From contig CAYOCI010000005.1 of assembly GCA_964402415.1 (NCBI GenBank), forward strand, positions 15,267-79,266: DNA of 64,000 nucleotides. The letters run 5' to 3'. The position numbers were made by a program, and so were the translations under genes. Origin of the DNA: an uncultured Clostridia bacterium (lineage in GTDB: Bacteria; Bacillota; JAAYKD01; CAYOCI01). The notes beneath the pieces were generated by a model. That model saw only the letters and a program-made list of their open reading frames with translations. It made no database searches and had not been told where the DNA came from. Shown piece by piece: positions 27,905 through 38,659 of the stretch (the stretch's first letter is position 1; each line of letters begins with the position of its first letter).

Positions 27905-28488
27905 TCACCTGCCCTCGTACGCCGCGATCACCTGGAGCATTTCGGTCTCAATCTCGTCCGCTGCCATGTCAGTGGTCTCCACTACCGGCTTGTAGAGCTT
28001 GCGCATGAATTCGCCAAAGGGCTCGAATTTGAGCAACCCCAGATGCATGTGTGGAAAGAGGGATAACCAGAGATCCCAGGCCAACTGCTCTCTCTCCCGC
28101 TCCAGAGCGTGCTTGATGAAATCTACTCCGGCAGATAGTGGCAGATCGGCAATGGCTGCCCAATCGTAGGCCCGTAATAGATCAACTAACCTTGGCCCTT
28201 TGACTTGGCAGCAGAGGTGAAAAAACGCGCGACAGATTGGTCTTGCATCAAACCGAATCCGAACTCGATGAGATCAATGTCAGCAGCTTGCTCGATGGTG
28301 ATCCCCTTGATCTCTGCGACGAGTGCATAGATCTCCTTTTCGGCACGGTGTGCCTTGGTCACAACCTGCATCAGCAGATCAGCGCCGACTTCCTCAGCCG
28401 GTGCCTTGGGATTGGTGATCTTCAGGTCGAGCTTATCTATGATTGCCGACAGCCTAATGCCTTGCTTGATCGTCAGCATTGTCATCAT
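27905..28488 (-). CDS. tail assembly chaperone G and -1 frameshift product GT
   Basis: G ORF 28186..28488. Slippery heptamer A_AAG_GGC at 28194..28200. The -1 frame stays open for ~95 codons up to the TGA overlapping the TMP RBS. Confidence 0.6.
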
Positions 28489-28531
28489 CCTTTCGTGTGT
28501 GCATGGAAAGGCAGTGGCTTCTCACCACCGC

Positions 28532-29083
28532 CTACGCTATCGCAGCAACATCCTCAACCTTGAACAGCTTGTCCGTAGCCGCTTCGCCGCTTGCTTCCCA
28601 ATGGGCATAGATCTCCAGTGCAACGACGCCTTCGGCTTTCGGTGCTGCATTAATGCCCATGTTGTTCTCGGCCATGGCGTTATAGAGTGTGATCCGCTTG
28701 TAGCCTCCGCCCTTTACCTTGGCAAACATGGTGACGTTCTTGAGATAACGTTCATCTGGGATAACGCCGGTCTGGGCATTGGCCAGATACGGGCTGCCCT
28801 CTGTCGGGGTAACGAGCTTCAACTGAGGTAGTAGTTTGCCGAGGGTCGCGAGGCTAGTGTCCATGATGCTGGTCTTGAGCACAGCATTGATCTCGTCAAT
28901 CACCTGCATGCCCTTCGTCCGGCCACGTGCACCGTCAAATTCGATGTTACGTAGCGTCATCTCGGCGCTGAACTCACCACCGCCCTTTGTGGGCCCAAGC
29001 TGCTGCTGAGATGTCTCGCCATAGTCAAGATAGATAAGGCCGTAGTCGATTTGGATGTTCTCTAACTGTTGGCTGGTAAGCAC
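28532..29083 (-). CDS. major tail protein
   Basis: 183 aa, position between head-tail genes and chaperone G. Confidence 0.6.
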   Translation of the reverse strand: MLTSQQLENIQIDYGLIYLDYGETSQQQLGPTKGGGEFSAEMTLRNIEFDGARGRTKGMQVIDEINAVLKTSIMDTSLATLGKLLPQLKLVTPTEGSPYLANAQTGVIPDERYLKNVTMFAKVKGGGYKRITLYNAMAENNMGINAAPKAEGVVALEIYAHWEASGEAATDKLFKVEDVAAIA

Positions 29084-29089
29084 CGGTCT

Positions 29090-29458
29090 TCAACTCCCTC
29101 CGTATACATGAGCTTGGTAAATGAGCCTACGACGCCGCAGGCTTGGGCTGTCATCTGTTAACGAGAGGATCCTGTCTAGGTAGAACGTAGCCGATAGATC
29201 GTCGGTTGAGAGCGTCTTCTTGTTCAGGTGGGTGTTAATGCGAGTAACGAGTTCCTCAAGCGCGCTCGTGTCATTCTCAACTCCCCATACATCAACGTCG
29301 ACCTCGACATCGCGGAAACCCTCGCCATCATCCAACGCAGTTACGAAGTCAAACACTAGATATGGGTAAAGGGCCGATGTCGGTGCCACCTGGTAGAACA
29401 CGCGAGGGTGCAGTGTCTGCATGAACGCCATTAACGTCTGCCTAAGTCGGTTCATCAT
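29090..29458 (-). CDS. tail completion / minor structural protein
   Basis: Position; about 120 aa. Confidence 0.4.
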   Translation of the reverse strand: MMNRLRQTLMAFMQTLHPRVFYQVAPTSALYPYLVFDFVTALDDGEGFRDVEVDVDVWGVENDTSALEELVTRINTHLNKKTLSTDDLSATFYLDRILSLTDDSPSLRRRRLIYQAHVYGGS

Positions 29459-29897
29459 CACCCATCTCCTCGTCTTCATCGATGAGCCCAAGTGCTCTGC
29501 TTTCGTCCTCTATCGCGGAGAGATACTGACCTTCGATTAGCCGTATCTGTTCGATGTTCTCGAACACAGTATTTCTCAGGATCCCTCGCTGGGGTTGGTT
29601 GCGGCTGCCGAGCTCCTGATCCACGCCATACCAAGTATCATGCTTGATGCCGATCTGCAGATCAGTCTCCTTCTTACGAACCCAGTACTGGAACGCGTTA
29701 GGGATACGCTTGATCTTGAATGAACGCATGCCTGGGAGCTTACGCCCCTTATCCATCATCCGCCGACGGAGCAACTTAGCGACATCCTTAAGAGCTGCCC
29801 GTTCCAGTTCGACCAAGAGGTACTTGGCTCGATCTACACTGGACGTGAACTCAATCCCGTCCTTGGTGATCTTGGTAACGCTCCTAGGTAGTGGCAT
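29442..29897 (-). CDS. HK97 gp10-family head-tail protein
   Basis: 151 aa with ..RNQPQRGILRN.. region and an acidic tail. Confidence 0.45.
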   Translation of the reverse strand: MPLPRSVTKITKDGIEFTSSVDRAKYLLVELERAALKDVAKLLRRRMMDKGRKLPGMRSFKIKRIPNAFQYWVRKKETDLQIGIKHDTWYGVDQELGSRNQPQRGILRNTVFENIEQIRLIEGQYLSAIEDESRALGLIDEDEEMGDDEPT

Positions 29898-30204
29898 TGG
29901 CGTTCACCAGTCCAGTGCATACCAGCTCGAGCATCTCTCCATCCTTCTGATGTGTGCGGATGATATCATAGACGCGCCCCAGGTAGCGCAGTCTGGTCTC
30001 ACCCTGGTACTCAAATTCCCAAACATCAAACATGATCTCTGGCTTGAGCCCAGCTGATTGCGCTTGGTAGAACTCACTTTGCCGAACCGATTTGCGATTA
30101 GCTAATATGGGGCGTTCAGCTGGTACCGGTATCGGATCGCCAATGGCGTTTACCGTGTAGCCAGATGCCCCAACCAATACGATTTCATCACTAAACTGTG
30201 GCAT
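29884..30204 (-). CDS. head-tail joining / head closure protein
   Basis: 106 aa; position and size. Confidence 0.45.
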   Translation of the reverse strand: MPQFSDEIVLVGASGYTVNAIGDPIPVPAERPILANRKSVRQSEFYQAQSAGLKPEIMFDVWEFEYQGETRLRYLGRVYDIIRTHQKDGEMLELVCTGLVNANATT

Positions 30205-30481
30205 CGGTCATCACCTTGCTTGCGTGTATGGTCAGGTTGTGAAGCCTAAACTGCAGATCCCTGGGCACAACTCCGGAACCATCGCGGATCTGATAACGCC
30301 AGGTCACGTAATCAACCACAAAGATCAGATGATAGGGGTTGGCCAGGTCAATGGCCAACCCTTTTTCCTCATCCAGTTCCTTGATCACGCCATCGATGAT
30401 AGCGAGCAGATACGTGTCCCGGACCGTTAAGCTGATTCCCAGGCGCTGCTTGGCAACTTCGAGAACGGTCATGCGGTCCAC
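30191..30481 (-). CDS. gp6-like head-tail connector (DNA packaging) protein
   Basis: 96 aa, LGISLTVRDTYLLAIIDGVIKEL motif-like region. Confidence 0.5.
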   Translation of the reverse strand: MDRMTVLEVAKQRLGISLTVRDTYLLAIIDGVIKELDEEKGLAIDLANPYHLIFVVDYVTWRYQIRDGSGVVPRDLQFRLHNLTIHASKVMTDATV

Positions 30482-30494
30482 GCGATCACCTCAC

Positions 30495-31880
30495 TTAAGC
30501 GTTGGCAGTATCCTGGGGGAACGACACAGAGGTCGTCGGAGCAGTGTTGGCGATGTTCACGACAACGAAGGCCTCACCAAAGACCGGCATGCCATCATAG
30601 CGGGCAGTGCCCTTGAATACGGTCTGATCTTCGATGAAGCGCGCATGCTCAGATTGCGCGAGTTGAGCCCCGGAGCGTTCGGCCAGCAGATAGAGCGAAC
30701 CGAAGCCGCCTACGACGTCGTTGTCCGGGATGAACGGCAGCTCCACGATGTTGCCACCTTCCACCGGCATGGTGCTGGTCGCACCAGCCACTAGGGCGCC
30801 CGCAGCGTTGAAGGTGATCATCTTGGCCATCAGGGCCATACGGGTTTGACGGTTCATGGCCCAGAAGGTGTTGCCCTTGGCGTACTTGTTGTCTGCGGTA
30901 CCAAGCGCAAGCACAAGCTCAGCAAAGAACTCTTCAGGGGTCTTGCCGGTCGGATCGATCTTGAGCAGATGGGTGAGATGCAGATCCGTCCAAGCAGGGG
31001 CTTTGTCATTCCAGTCAGACGGCTTAACAGTCTGAGCCAGGCGGGTGACCACGCCCATCGGCATCTTCACGCCAGTCCCGTAAAGAACAGCTTTATCGGT
31101 GGCGTAGCCTAGGCTCTGGCCAATGGCGTCGAGGATCTCGGCGGCCAGGTTCTCGTCGGAGTCTTCCAGGGTGGCATTGCAGACGGGCACAAACCCGGCA
31201 ACCTTGAAACCGTCCACTTCGACCTGGGCGAAGCTGATCGCCAGTTCATTGATCTTCGCGCAGGCCTCGGTCCAGATCGCTTCGGGAATGGCACCCATGA
31301 CATTCTGACGAGCCTTGCCCTTGACAGTACGAACATAGACGTGGTTAACCAGCTTGCTGTAGCGATGCAGGTTGTCGCGCAAGAGCTCAAGCATGACCTC
31401 GGGAATAGTCAGCTCTGCTCCGGTGACGGTGCGCTTCTCACCAATCAGTTCCCGGGTCCGAGACAGGAACTGCTTCACATCCTCGCGCGCCAGCATGGCG
31501 GAACGCTGTTCGAAGGGCATTTCACGGAAGAACTTGTTGGTGGACATTCTCACATCGCCTCCAGTTTTCTTGTTGCGCTCATTACTTGCGCTGGGTGCTG
31601 CGGGGATTGGGGTTTTGGCATTCAACTCGGCAATCTCAGCCTCCAGGGCGGAGATCTCACCTTCGAGCTTGGATTTCTTCTCATCGAGCTCAGCGGTCTC
31701 TGCCTCGATCGTCTCCACCTCGGATGTGACAGCGGCGATCTCCTCATCGGTCGATGCCGCCTCGATGGCAGCCTCCAGTTCATCAGAGCGGGTCTTCAGT
31801 GCGGTGCGCTGGACCTCGAGCTCAGCGATCTGCGCGAGCTTCTGCTCCTTACGCTTATTGAGTACTAGCTGCTTTAACAT
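30495..31880 (-). CDS. HK97-fold major capsid protein with N-terminal coiled-coil delta/scaffold domain
   Basis: 461 aa. Acidic coiled coil for the first ~100 aa, then a capsid fold. Confidence 0.75.
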   Translation of the reverse strand: MLKQLVLNKRKEQKLAQIAELEVQRTALKTRSDELEAAIEAASTDEEIAAVTSEVETIEAETAELDEKKSKLEGEISALEAEIAELNAKTPIPAAPSASNERNKKTGGDVRMSTNKFFREMPFEQRSAMLAREDVKQFLSRTRELIGEKRTVTGAELTIPEVMLELLRDNLHRYSKLVNHVYVRTVKGKARQNVMGAIPEAIWTEACAKINELAISFAQVEVDGFKVAGFVPVCNATLEDSDENLAAEILDAIGQSLGYATDKAVLYGTGVKMPMGVVTRLAQTVKPSDWNDKAPAWTDLHLTHLLKIDPTGKTPEEFFAELVLALGTADNKYAKGNTFWAMNRQTRMALMAKMITFNAAGALVAGATSTMPVEGGNIVELPFIPDNDVVGGFGSLYLLAERSGAQLAQSEHARFIEDQTVFKGTARYDGMPVFGEAFVVVNIANTAPTTSVSFPQDTANA

Positions 31881-32448
31881 GGTTCAACCTCCCTCTCAGT
31901 TCGTGTTTCTTGGCCTTCAGTCGGCGGGATTGCTCTGCCGCGAAATCTGCCTTCCTTGCCTGAACGGACGTGTCTGCGTAAGCCGGGAATGTGCAGATGC
32001 TGACCTCATGCAGATCGACTTCCTTAAGTGTCCAGGCGATGGTGCCATCGTCTCGATAATCCGTCTCCTCGGCCACAATGTTGAACCCAAATGAACACTG
32101 ATCCACATCCCCTCGCTTGACACGCTCATAGATGTTCATGGCATCCGTGTCGTTCGGGTTGATCTTCACCCGTCCCCATAGCCCACGACTGTCAACCTTG
32201 AGCTCCAGCGTGCCGGACTTGTTGCGGCCGAGCACCAGGGTGGTGTCATGGTTGATCAGAGCGCGGATATCATTGGTCAACGTCCTATCGAACGCGGTTG
32301 GAGCAACCTGCTCAAACGCACCTGGCCAGAGCTCAGTCATCCGGTTGAACACGGCAAAGTAACCCTCGATGATGCGCTCCTCTTCAGACTGCTCCGCCCG
32401 CAGCTCACTCTGGATCATGCGGCTCCTCTTAATCTCCACTCTTATCAC
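31855..32448 (-). CDS. HK97-family prohead protease
   Basis: 197 aa between portal and capsid genes. Confidence 0.7.
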   Translation of the reverse strand: MIRVEIKRSRMIQSELRAEQSEEERIIEGYFAVFNRMTELWPGAFEQVAPTAFDRTLTNDIRALINHDTTLVLGRNKSGTLELKVDSRGLWGRVKINPNDTDAMNIYERVKRGDVDQCSFGFNIVAEETDYRDDGTIAWTLKEVDLHEVSICTFPAYADTSVQARKADFAAEQSRRLKAKKHELRGRLNHVKAASTQ

Positions 32449-33628
32449 CCCCGTTCAGCTTCTTCTGGTCTCCGATCATGCCGGCCGGGATATAGTTCTC
32501 GAGGATGACGCGCTCATTAAGCCCATCGAGCGGCGACAACCCTAGCCAGTCCCTGACTTCATTCCCGAGCATGAGACCTCTGACGTACATGTTGCTGCCG
32601 ACATCGGCCATCTCTTTGAGGTCGTAGGCGTAGAGGCTGCGTGGATTGAACTTGAAGTACCAACTCGGGCTGAGTAGGAGCTTACGTGTGAGCTCTTGCT
32701 CAATGCTCTTGGCCAGAGGCAGGATGGTCGAGTTGATGAACGCGTTGAACTCATCCTTCTTGAACTCACCAACGCCCAAGAAAAACGCAGGCACTCCGAA
32801 GATGCCTGCGACAGTTCGTTTATCCACCTGGACCGAGTCATTGATAGCCAGGTCATTGAGGCTCAGCGGTCTGACCTCCTGGACCTCCAGCAGCTCCGCG
32901 GGGATGATCCATGGCCTGCCCGCGGTGGTGGACTTCAGATACTTGTTATAGACCGCATTTCGGCCTTCCTCGCTGGCCAACTCTGCCGTGTTGGCATCCA
33001 CCTTGACGATTAGCGAAGGCTTGAACTCATCCGCCATGTAAGCCGTCTTTGTAGCGGTGGCCTGCTTGAGGTTATGGACAATATCCTTGAGCGTCACCCG
33101 ATACCCTTGCCCCATATAGGGGCGCTCAGGATCTGGTTGGAGCACGAAGTGAAGCAGCTCATCATGACTATAGGCCTGATTACCATACCGAACCACGTAA
33201 CCAGATCCAGAGGTAGACGGTAGGATACTCACCCTGGATGGCTCCAGAGGGATCAGATCAGCGATCAGACCGCCTCGGATCTGGGGATAGACGAAGGAAT
33301 TACCATCGCCATCAAGCAGCATGGTGCGGACGATGTTATACATCCAGGCCTTGCGTGTCATGAGGCTGTAGGGATTGATATCGATCTTCCTCGCCAGCTC
33401 ATTCCTTACCCGGACATCGCCGTCGTCGGTGTTCTCCATCAGGTGGATGGTCATGGAGCTGATCAGGTCGGCGATCCGGTGGACTGCGATGCTGACCTCG
33501 GGGTTCTTGGCCAGACTGGTGTAGCCCGGTACCGCCAGGGTGTTATAGGCAGCATCGGTTAGCATCCACCCGATAGTGGGTTCAGAACGGGTCTTAGTTT
33601 GCGTTCGTCCTTTCTTGGGTCTGCTCAA
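32429..33628 (-). CDS. portal protein
   Basis: 399 aa downstream of terminase large subunit. Confidence 0.75.
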   Translation of the reverse strand: MSRPKKGRTQTKTRSEPTIGWMLTDAAYNTLAVPGYTSLAKNPEVSIAVHRIADLISSMTIHLMENTDDGDVRVRNELARKIDINPYSLMTRKAWMYNIVRTMLLDGDGNSFVYPQIRGGLIADLIPLEPSRVSILPSTSGSGYVVRYGNQAYSHDELLHFVLQPDPERPYMGQGYRVTLKDIVHNLKQATATKTAYMADEFKPSLIVKVDANTAELASEEGRNAVYNKYLKSTTAGRPWIIPAELLEVQEVRPLSLNDLAINDSVQVDKRTVAGIFGVPAFFLGVGEFKKDEFNAFINSTILPLAKSIEQELTRKLLLSPSWYFKFNPRSLYAYDLKEMADVGSNMYVRGLMLGNEVRDWLGLSPLDGLNERVILENYIPAGMIGDQKKLNGGDKSGD

Positions 33629-33652
33629 AAGCGCCCACCTCCTTTCCTGGTC

Positions 33653-35383
33653 TTAACCACTTAGCCACTTAGAGGCTGTTTGTCCTTTTGCCTGTTCTTC
33701 AGCCATGGTCTCCAGCATTTGCACACAGCCAAAGACAGACGCATCGAAGATATCAATTCTCTGCGTCGGCATAACCTTCTCGTACTGGATCATGTCATCG
33801 GTCTTCTCGATGGCTCGAACGTTTTGCAGGCAGTATTCATAGGCCTGGGAGTGCAGGTAGTAGAACTTACCGTCTTTGGCCTTCTGCTCGATCCTGCGGA
33901 AGCCCTGGGACTTCTTCCAGAAGTACTGCGGCTGGTCGACGATACGGAAGCCGGCACGCTTCATACCCTGGAAGAACTCCTTACCGAACTTCCGGTCGAA
34001 GCCAACCTGCTTGATCCTAAATCCTCGCCGTTTCATCTCGACAAACCAGTTGATGATGTCCGCATAGTTGACCGTCGGCGTGTTGCACATGGTTAGCCAG
34101 CCGTCATCCTGCCAGCCGAAGAGCGGGATACTGTCCTCCTCGGCCTTCTTGTGCGCTGCAACGATTGGGAACCAGGCATGCGTGATAGCGATATCGATGC
34201 CTTGGAAACTGCCATAGAGCGCTGAAGCGGTGAGGTCGTGCAACTTGGAAAGATCCGCCCCGCCATACCACTCCACCGGCAGCTTCAGCAGCTCCGCCAA
34301 TGTCCAACCATACTTCCTATCAGACTGCCGGAACTCATCCAGGTTGAAATATGCCTTCATGGCAGATGTGTAGACGTTAAGGCTCTTCGCTAGAAAGTCC
34401 TTGCGCTGCTGGGGGTCGTTCTGAGCCTGGAGCGCATCGTTCATGATGTCGTCTGGTCTGATGGTCACTCCATAATTGGGGTTGGCTTTCTCATGCTGGG
34501 TGGGATCGGTATAGTCGACCTCGCCCTTCTCGGTCTCGTCCGCCTTACAGATGAAGGCGAAATAGGCCTCGTCGCTGACGGTGCCGTCGAGGATCTTCTT
34601 GCAGTATTGGAGCCGTTGATAACAGAACGAGGTCATGTCGTCACCGGCAGTGGTAATGCCGATCATCAGCTTGTTGCTGTAGGCCTTCATGGCCTCTTTG
34701 ATGATGTTGTATTGTTTGGGGCTCTTATAGGCGTGGATCTCATCGGCAATGGCGATGTTGCAGTTAAGCGAGTCCTGCCGGTCCGGGTTGGCCGCCAGTG
34801 CTTTGATGTGAATCGACCCATCACCAAGGTCGCCACCGATGCTGTGCTCCTGGTTGTTGTCCAGGATGCGGAAGTTGCTCTCCTCGCCCATCTGCTTCAG
34901 GTTGAAGAGTATGAAGTTAAAGCTCTGAAGCGATTGCTCCAGAGCTGCACCAACGATATAGATCTTGGATCCCGACTTGCGATTGAGCAGAGACAACGCC
35001 CAAGAGAGAGCTGCCACAAACCTGGTCTTCCCGTTCTTGCGCGGGATGAAGATGAACGCCTCTTTGTAGCGCCTGAGCTGGGTGCCGGCGTGGCAAAAAC
35101 CGAGCAGGTTATAGACGATGAACTTCTGCCAGGTCTCCAGCAGGAATGGCTCGCCGCGTAACGGCGTGCCGTCCAACCTCTCGCCCTGGTCATGCACAAA
35201 GGTCTTCTCGATGATCTGGATGACGAACTCCGCATCCCTAGGGCTGAACTCATAGACTGGGTTGTTCAGATCACTCAAGAAGCGCTGGCATCCTTGAACC
35301 AGTTCCTTACCGGCGACCTTCTTCCCGGCCACGATGCTGTTGGCATACTCCATTACCGCGTCGAGGTTCTTAGGTCTGATCAT
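33653..35383 (-). CDS. terL: terminase large subunit
   Basis: 576 aa with Walker A-like [14 protein letters not shown] and a C-terminal nuclease region. Confidence 0.8.
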   Translation of the reverse strand: MIRPKNLDAVMEYANSIVAGKKVAGKELVQGCQRFLSDLNNPVYEFSPRDAEFVIQIIEKTFVHDQGERLDGTPLRGEPFLLETWQKFIVYNLLGFCHAGTQLRRYKEAFIFIPRKNGKTRFVAALSWALSLLNRKSGSKIYIVGAALEQSLQSFNFILFNLKQMGEESNFRILDNNQEHSIGGDLGDGSIHIKALAANPDRQDSLNCNIAIADEIHAYKSPKQYNIIKEAMKAYSNKLMIGITTAGDDMTSFCYQRLQYCKKILDGTVSDEAYFAFICKADETEKGEVDYTDPTQHEKANPNYGVTIRPDDIMNDALQAQNDPQQRKDFLAKSLNVYTSAMKAYFNLDEFRQSDRKYGWTLAELLKLPVEWYGGADLSKLHDLTASALYGSFQGIDIAITHAWFPIVAAHKKAEEDSIPLFGWQDDGWLTMCNTPTVNYADIINWFVEMKRRGFRIKQVGFDRKFGKEFFQGMKRAGFRIVDQPQYFWKKSQGFRRIEQKAKDGKFYYLHSQAYEYCLQNVRAIEKTDDMIQYEKVMPTQRIDIFDASVFGCVQMLETMAEEQAKGQTASKWLSG

Positions 35384-35730
35384 TTGATACCAGCAAGCGC
35401 CTCGGCCAACTTGGACTTATTGGACTGCTCGATAGTGACGCTCTCAAGCGACTTCGGATTCAGGCACAGCCGGTCGGAGTATGCCAAGATGTCCTTCCTC
35501 AGAGCTTCCAGGGTTGCGACAATAGGGGACTTTTTTGCACCGCCTTGATCAGTGCTAACCTCGTATTGGTAACCGCCTTCTTCGAACTCTTGGGTCAGCT
35601 GGTTGTACTGGTAGACCAGTTTGGCATAGATGTCAATCAGCCGATTATACTGGGGTTTATGGATCTTGAGCGCTTTCATATCCGCGATCGTCGCTCGCTT
35701 GATCGTCTCCTTGGTTGGGGCGTTAGCCAT
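35380..35730 (-). CDS. terS: terminase small subunit (P27 family)
   Basis: 116 aa, ATGA-coupled to terL. Confidence 0.6.
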   Translation of the reverse strand: MANAPTKETIKRATIADMKALKIHKPQYNRLIDIYAKLVYQYNQLTQEFEEGGYQYEVSTDQGGAKKSPIVATLEALRKDILAYSDRLCLNPKSLESVTIEQSNKSKLAEALAGIK

Positions 35731-35805
35731 GCCTTCACCTCCTCGGAAAAAAGTTTTCGGGGATACGCTCTATTGGAAAGAGGCCCCGCTTTCGGTCCCT
35801 AGTAA

Positions 35806-36198
35806 TCATGATGTTAAGTCTTTGGGGTGGGGGGGATTCCTAATGCGCAGTTCTTCTCCTCGTGAGGTTAGTGAGTTGTCTTCCCGGTTGTGCATCGCAT
35901 TGTGGCACCTACTGCATAAGCTGACCAGGCACTCCTCCGCATAAGCCAGCTCTGGGTATTGATCGAGCGGCCAAGCATGGTGCACGTGAGATGCTGATGA
36001 GCGCTTACCATATCGCTTGCACTCGCGGCAGAGGTACTCGTCTTTTCTCAGAACACGCGCCCGGACACGTTCCCACTTCGCGCTCTTATAGAAGCTCACG
36101 GTGTTCTTATCACCACATCCACCGGCATCGCAGCTGCAAAACCATAGCGCCACTCCCAGCACATCGACAGCGTATCTCTTAAGTCTGCGCCTTGTCAT
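35806..36198 (-). CDS. HNH endonuclease (packaging-associated)
   Basis: CRECKRYGKRSSASHVHHAWP...LCSRCHNAMH. RBS GAGGTGA before the ATG at 36198. Confidence 0.7.
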   Translation of the reverse strand: MTRRRLKRYAVDVLGVALWFCSCDAGGCGDKNTVSFYKSAKWERVRARVLRKDEYLCRECKRYGKRSSASHVHHAWPLDQYPELAYAEECLVSLCSRCHNAMHNREDNSLTSRGEELRIRNPPHPKDLTS

Positions 36199-36325
36199 TT
36201 GATCACCTCGCTGTGTCACGCCAGATCCTACCCCTGCCGTCATGACATATCCACCACTCCAGGAGGAGACTGCGAGCTAACATCGAATTTGCTTAGTTGG
36301 TGGCGAGTCACAGGAGGTTGTTGAC

Positions 36326-36520
36326 GTGGCAAAGTCAAAGGAACCTCTTCATTCTGGGAACAAAGCTCCAGTGTCTGGCCAGTATGGCATCCGTGGCCCC
36401 CGTGGAGGTAAGACTGACTATGGTGAAGTGACCGCAACAAAAGGCAAGCGTCTACCTCCCACTCCAGAGCCGGATCTCTCTTTCGCGCTTAACGATCCGA
36501 CCAATCACGGTAAAAAGTAG
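36326..36520 (+). CDS. YjzC-like small protein
   Basis: GNKAPVSGQYGIRGPRGGKTDYGEVTATKGKRLPPTPEP matches the YjzC-family pattern. AGGAGG 8 nt before the GTG. Hairpin terminator at 36548..36590. Confidence 0.5.
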   Translation: MAKSKEPLHSGNKAPVSGQYGIRGPRGGKTDYGEVTATKGKRLPPTPEPDLSFALNDPTNHGKK

Positions 36521-37048
36521 AACCCGTAAAATGTATTACTCGTCACCAAGAGCAGGCCCCACTGGGGTCTGCTCCTCATTTGCATGGCTCAAACTGCCTG
36601 TCCCTCGCTCGTTTCTTACCGGCTCTGCAGTTGATTATCCAGCCCATGACGCAGAACCACGACAGTTCCCTATGGTGCCTTACCCCTAACAACTCCTCAC
36701 ATTAGGGCCTCATGAATGCTCATCAACAGTCAGTTCGCATCCATTATGCACCCAAAATAAAAACGCGACCTCACTGGCCGCGCGTCAGTATCCAAATATG
36801 ATTAATCGATTACTATTCTCCACCTGCGCTTATCTCTTCCGTACCGATGCTAACTCCCTGTTCGACGTGCTGTGAGAGACAGCCCTGACCACGCGTGAAG
36901 ACAACGTGACATCCTCAGTCACTGTCCCAACGCGACAGATTTCAATATTGCTCGTTGGAGGCGCTGACAAGAACGCAGCCTTCCCTATCGCAATCATATA
37001 TTGAGCCTTCTTCCCCGGGTTCCTCTTTGCCATAGCAACCACCCCTTC

Positions 37049-37903
37049 TTAGCGGAAATACTCTGGAATATCATCAAATAGAAACTGAGAGAAGTTCACG
37101 AAACCCTTTCTGATGACTTCTTGCTCAGCTTGATCTCCGATTTTCAGGTCTTCAGTCGTGTCGAACGTTACAATCGCAGCTACTTGGTCTTTCCCTCGGA
37201 AGAGTGGTACACAAGCCACAAACCGTAGGTCGCCTGTCTTGTTAACTTGAAGCTTCGTCAAATTATAATCAGCGTAGGACTGCTGAAGGTTGTCGTCGTA
37301 AATCATCTTCTTGCTGCAATAGCACTTACCAACGAGACCCTCGGGAACCGGCGAAACACGGAACCGAAGTTTGTTGGTCATACCGGCATCTGCGAGAGCT
37401 GGGTGATTCCTAATTACGAATACTGTCTTGTTTGGAAAGGACCACTTAGTCTTCGTGAAGATCCTGACGTTCACACTTTTCATGGATGGGGCGTCAAGCT
37501 GGGCGGCAAGAGCTGATAGCATTGTCCCCTTAAGGAACTTGATCAATACATCTCGTCGGCTTTCTGCTTTAGACCGGCAGAACTCAGATACCGAGAGTTT
37601 ACACCCAACTAGTAATGCCGATGCGAAGAGGCTCCATAATAACATCTTGTCCTTAACAGCGTCAACATCTACATCAGACGCAAGGAACCCTGACGATTTG
37701 AGGTTATCCACAAAGAACGGGGAGCTCGAGGCGTATGCCAGCAAATTCGGTATGAGGATAGTTAAAAGCACCTGCACCACGATCCAAGTCTTTCGTCCCA
37801 CAGTAATCAGCGCTCCATAGCTATAGTATTGTATGTTGGGTCTTCTACCAACAGTAACCAGTTTCCTTCTTCGGACCAGCGAAATTTTGGAGCACTGAGA
37901 CAA
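37049..37903 (-). CDS. membrane-anchored protein with C-terminal GAF-like domain, in an AT-rich moron
   Basis: TM helix TWIVVQVLLTILIPNLLAYA. C-terminal ..GLVGKCYCSKKMIY...GDLRFVACVPLFRGKDQVAAIVTFDT... Local GC clearly lower than the flanks. Confidence 0.5.
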   Translation of the reverse strand: MSQCSKISLVRRRKLVTVGRRPNIQYYSYGALITVGRKTWIVVQVLLTILIPNLLAYASSSPFFVDNLKSSGFLASDVDVDAVKDKMLLWSLFASALLVGCKLSVSEFCRSKAESRRDVLIKFLKGTMLSALAAQLDAPSMKSVNVRIFTKTKWSFPNKTVFVIRNHPALADAGMTNKLRFRVSPVPEGLVGKCYCSKKMIYDDNLQQSYADYNLTKLQVNKTGDLRFVACVPLFRGKDQVAAIVTFDTTEDLKIGDQAEQEVIRKGFVNFSQFLFDDIPEYFR

Positions 37904-38087
37904 TAAGCGACAGAACTTGGTTCATTTCTACACAATTGTCTTCACTGGATTGGCTAATAGCAGATACATTCCACCGATCTCCCCTACTATCGTATCACGC
38001 CTCGCGCCAAGATGCGTATCAAAAATGCCTCACGGCCGTCTCAAAATAGTCTCACTCAAACGCATTGCACGGTCTGCCCCAGTAGGC

Positions 38088-38573
38088 TCAGGATTTTGCT
38101 TCTGTTACGCCAGGTGTAGGCTTACTCCAAGGTCTGCCATCGACATACACTTCCAGTCTTAGCATGAACGCCAGATTGTAGATAGCTCGGCCCTGGATAC
38201 GGTAGTATGTCGCCCGACTCACGTGTAGCTTCTCCAGCATCTCTAGCTCAGACGCCAGGTCGTCGTCCAGATAAGTCCTTTGAATGATTGCACTCTCCTT
38301 GTTTCTAAGCCGCTGGACAGCTCTCTCTACTCGCTCCGTAAGGTCATTCATCATCTCGTCGTGATCTGCGTTAGCGACCGCGACGTCCTCAGCTGGTCTC
38401 CCCACCACATTGGTGGTACCATGATATCGCGGACTATATGCGGGGGTGACGTTCATCTCTCTGCGGAATGAGCCATATATGCGGTAGAACCGAGCTGTGT
38501 GTAGCGCCTTCTCCACCCGCTCCTTTGTGGCTGCGCGGTCAATCTCCGGGAGAAGGTGTAACTGGTATGACAT
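38088..38573 (-). CDS. ArpU-family (sigma-like) phage late transcriptional regulator
   Basis: 161 aa, C-terminal HTH ..LHVSRATYYRIQGRAIYNLAFML.. Confidence 0.6.
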   Translation of the reverse strand: MSYQLHLLPEIDRAATKERVEKALHTARFYRIYGSFRREMNVTPAYSPRYHGTTNVVGRPAEDVAVANADHDEMMNDLTERVERAVQRLRNKESAIIQRTYLDDDLASELEMLEKLHVSRATYYRIQGRAIYNLAFMLRLEVYVDGRPWSKPTPGVTEAKS

Positions 38574-38659
38574 GACTTCCCCTCCTCACCCATGGTATAA
38601 TGTCAATGATCGGTCCCTGTCTGCCTTCGGGTGGGCGGGGTTTCTTTATGCGCTTTTCC

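Noticed and set aside
27969-28163. 64-aa minus-strand ORF between chaperone G and TMP
   Set aside because: Wrong frame; this space is occupied by the -1 frameshift extension (GT) of the chaperone gene.
31372-32094. 240-aa Ser-rich + strand ORF (and 31341..31868)
   Set aside because: Antisense to the capsid and prohead protease genes.
34493-35161. 222-aa + strand ORF
   Set aside because: Antisense to the large terminase.
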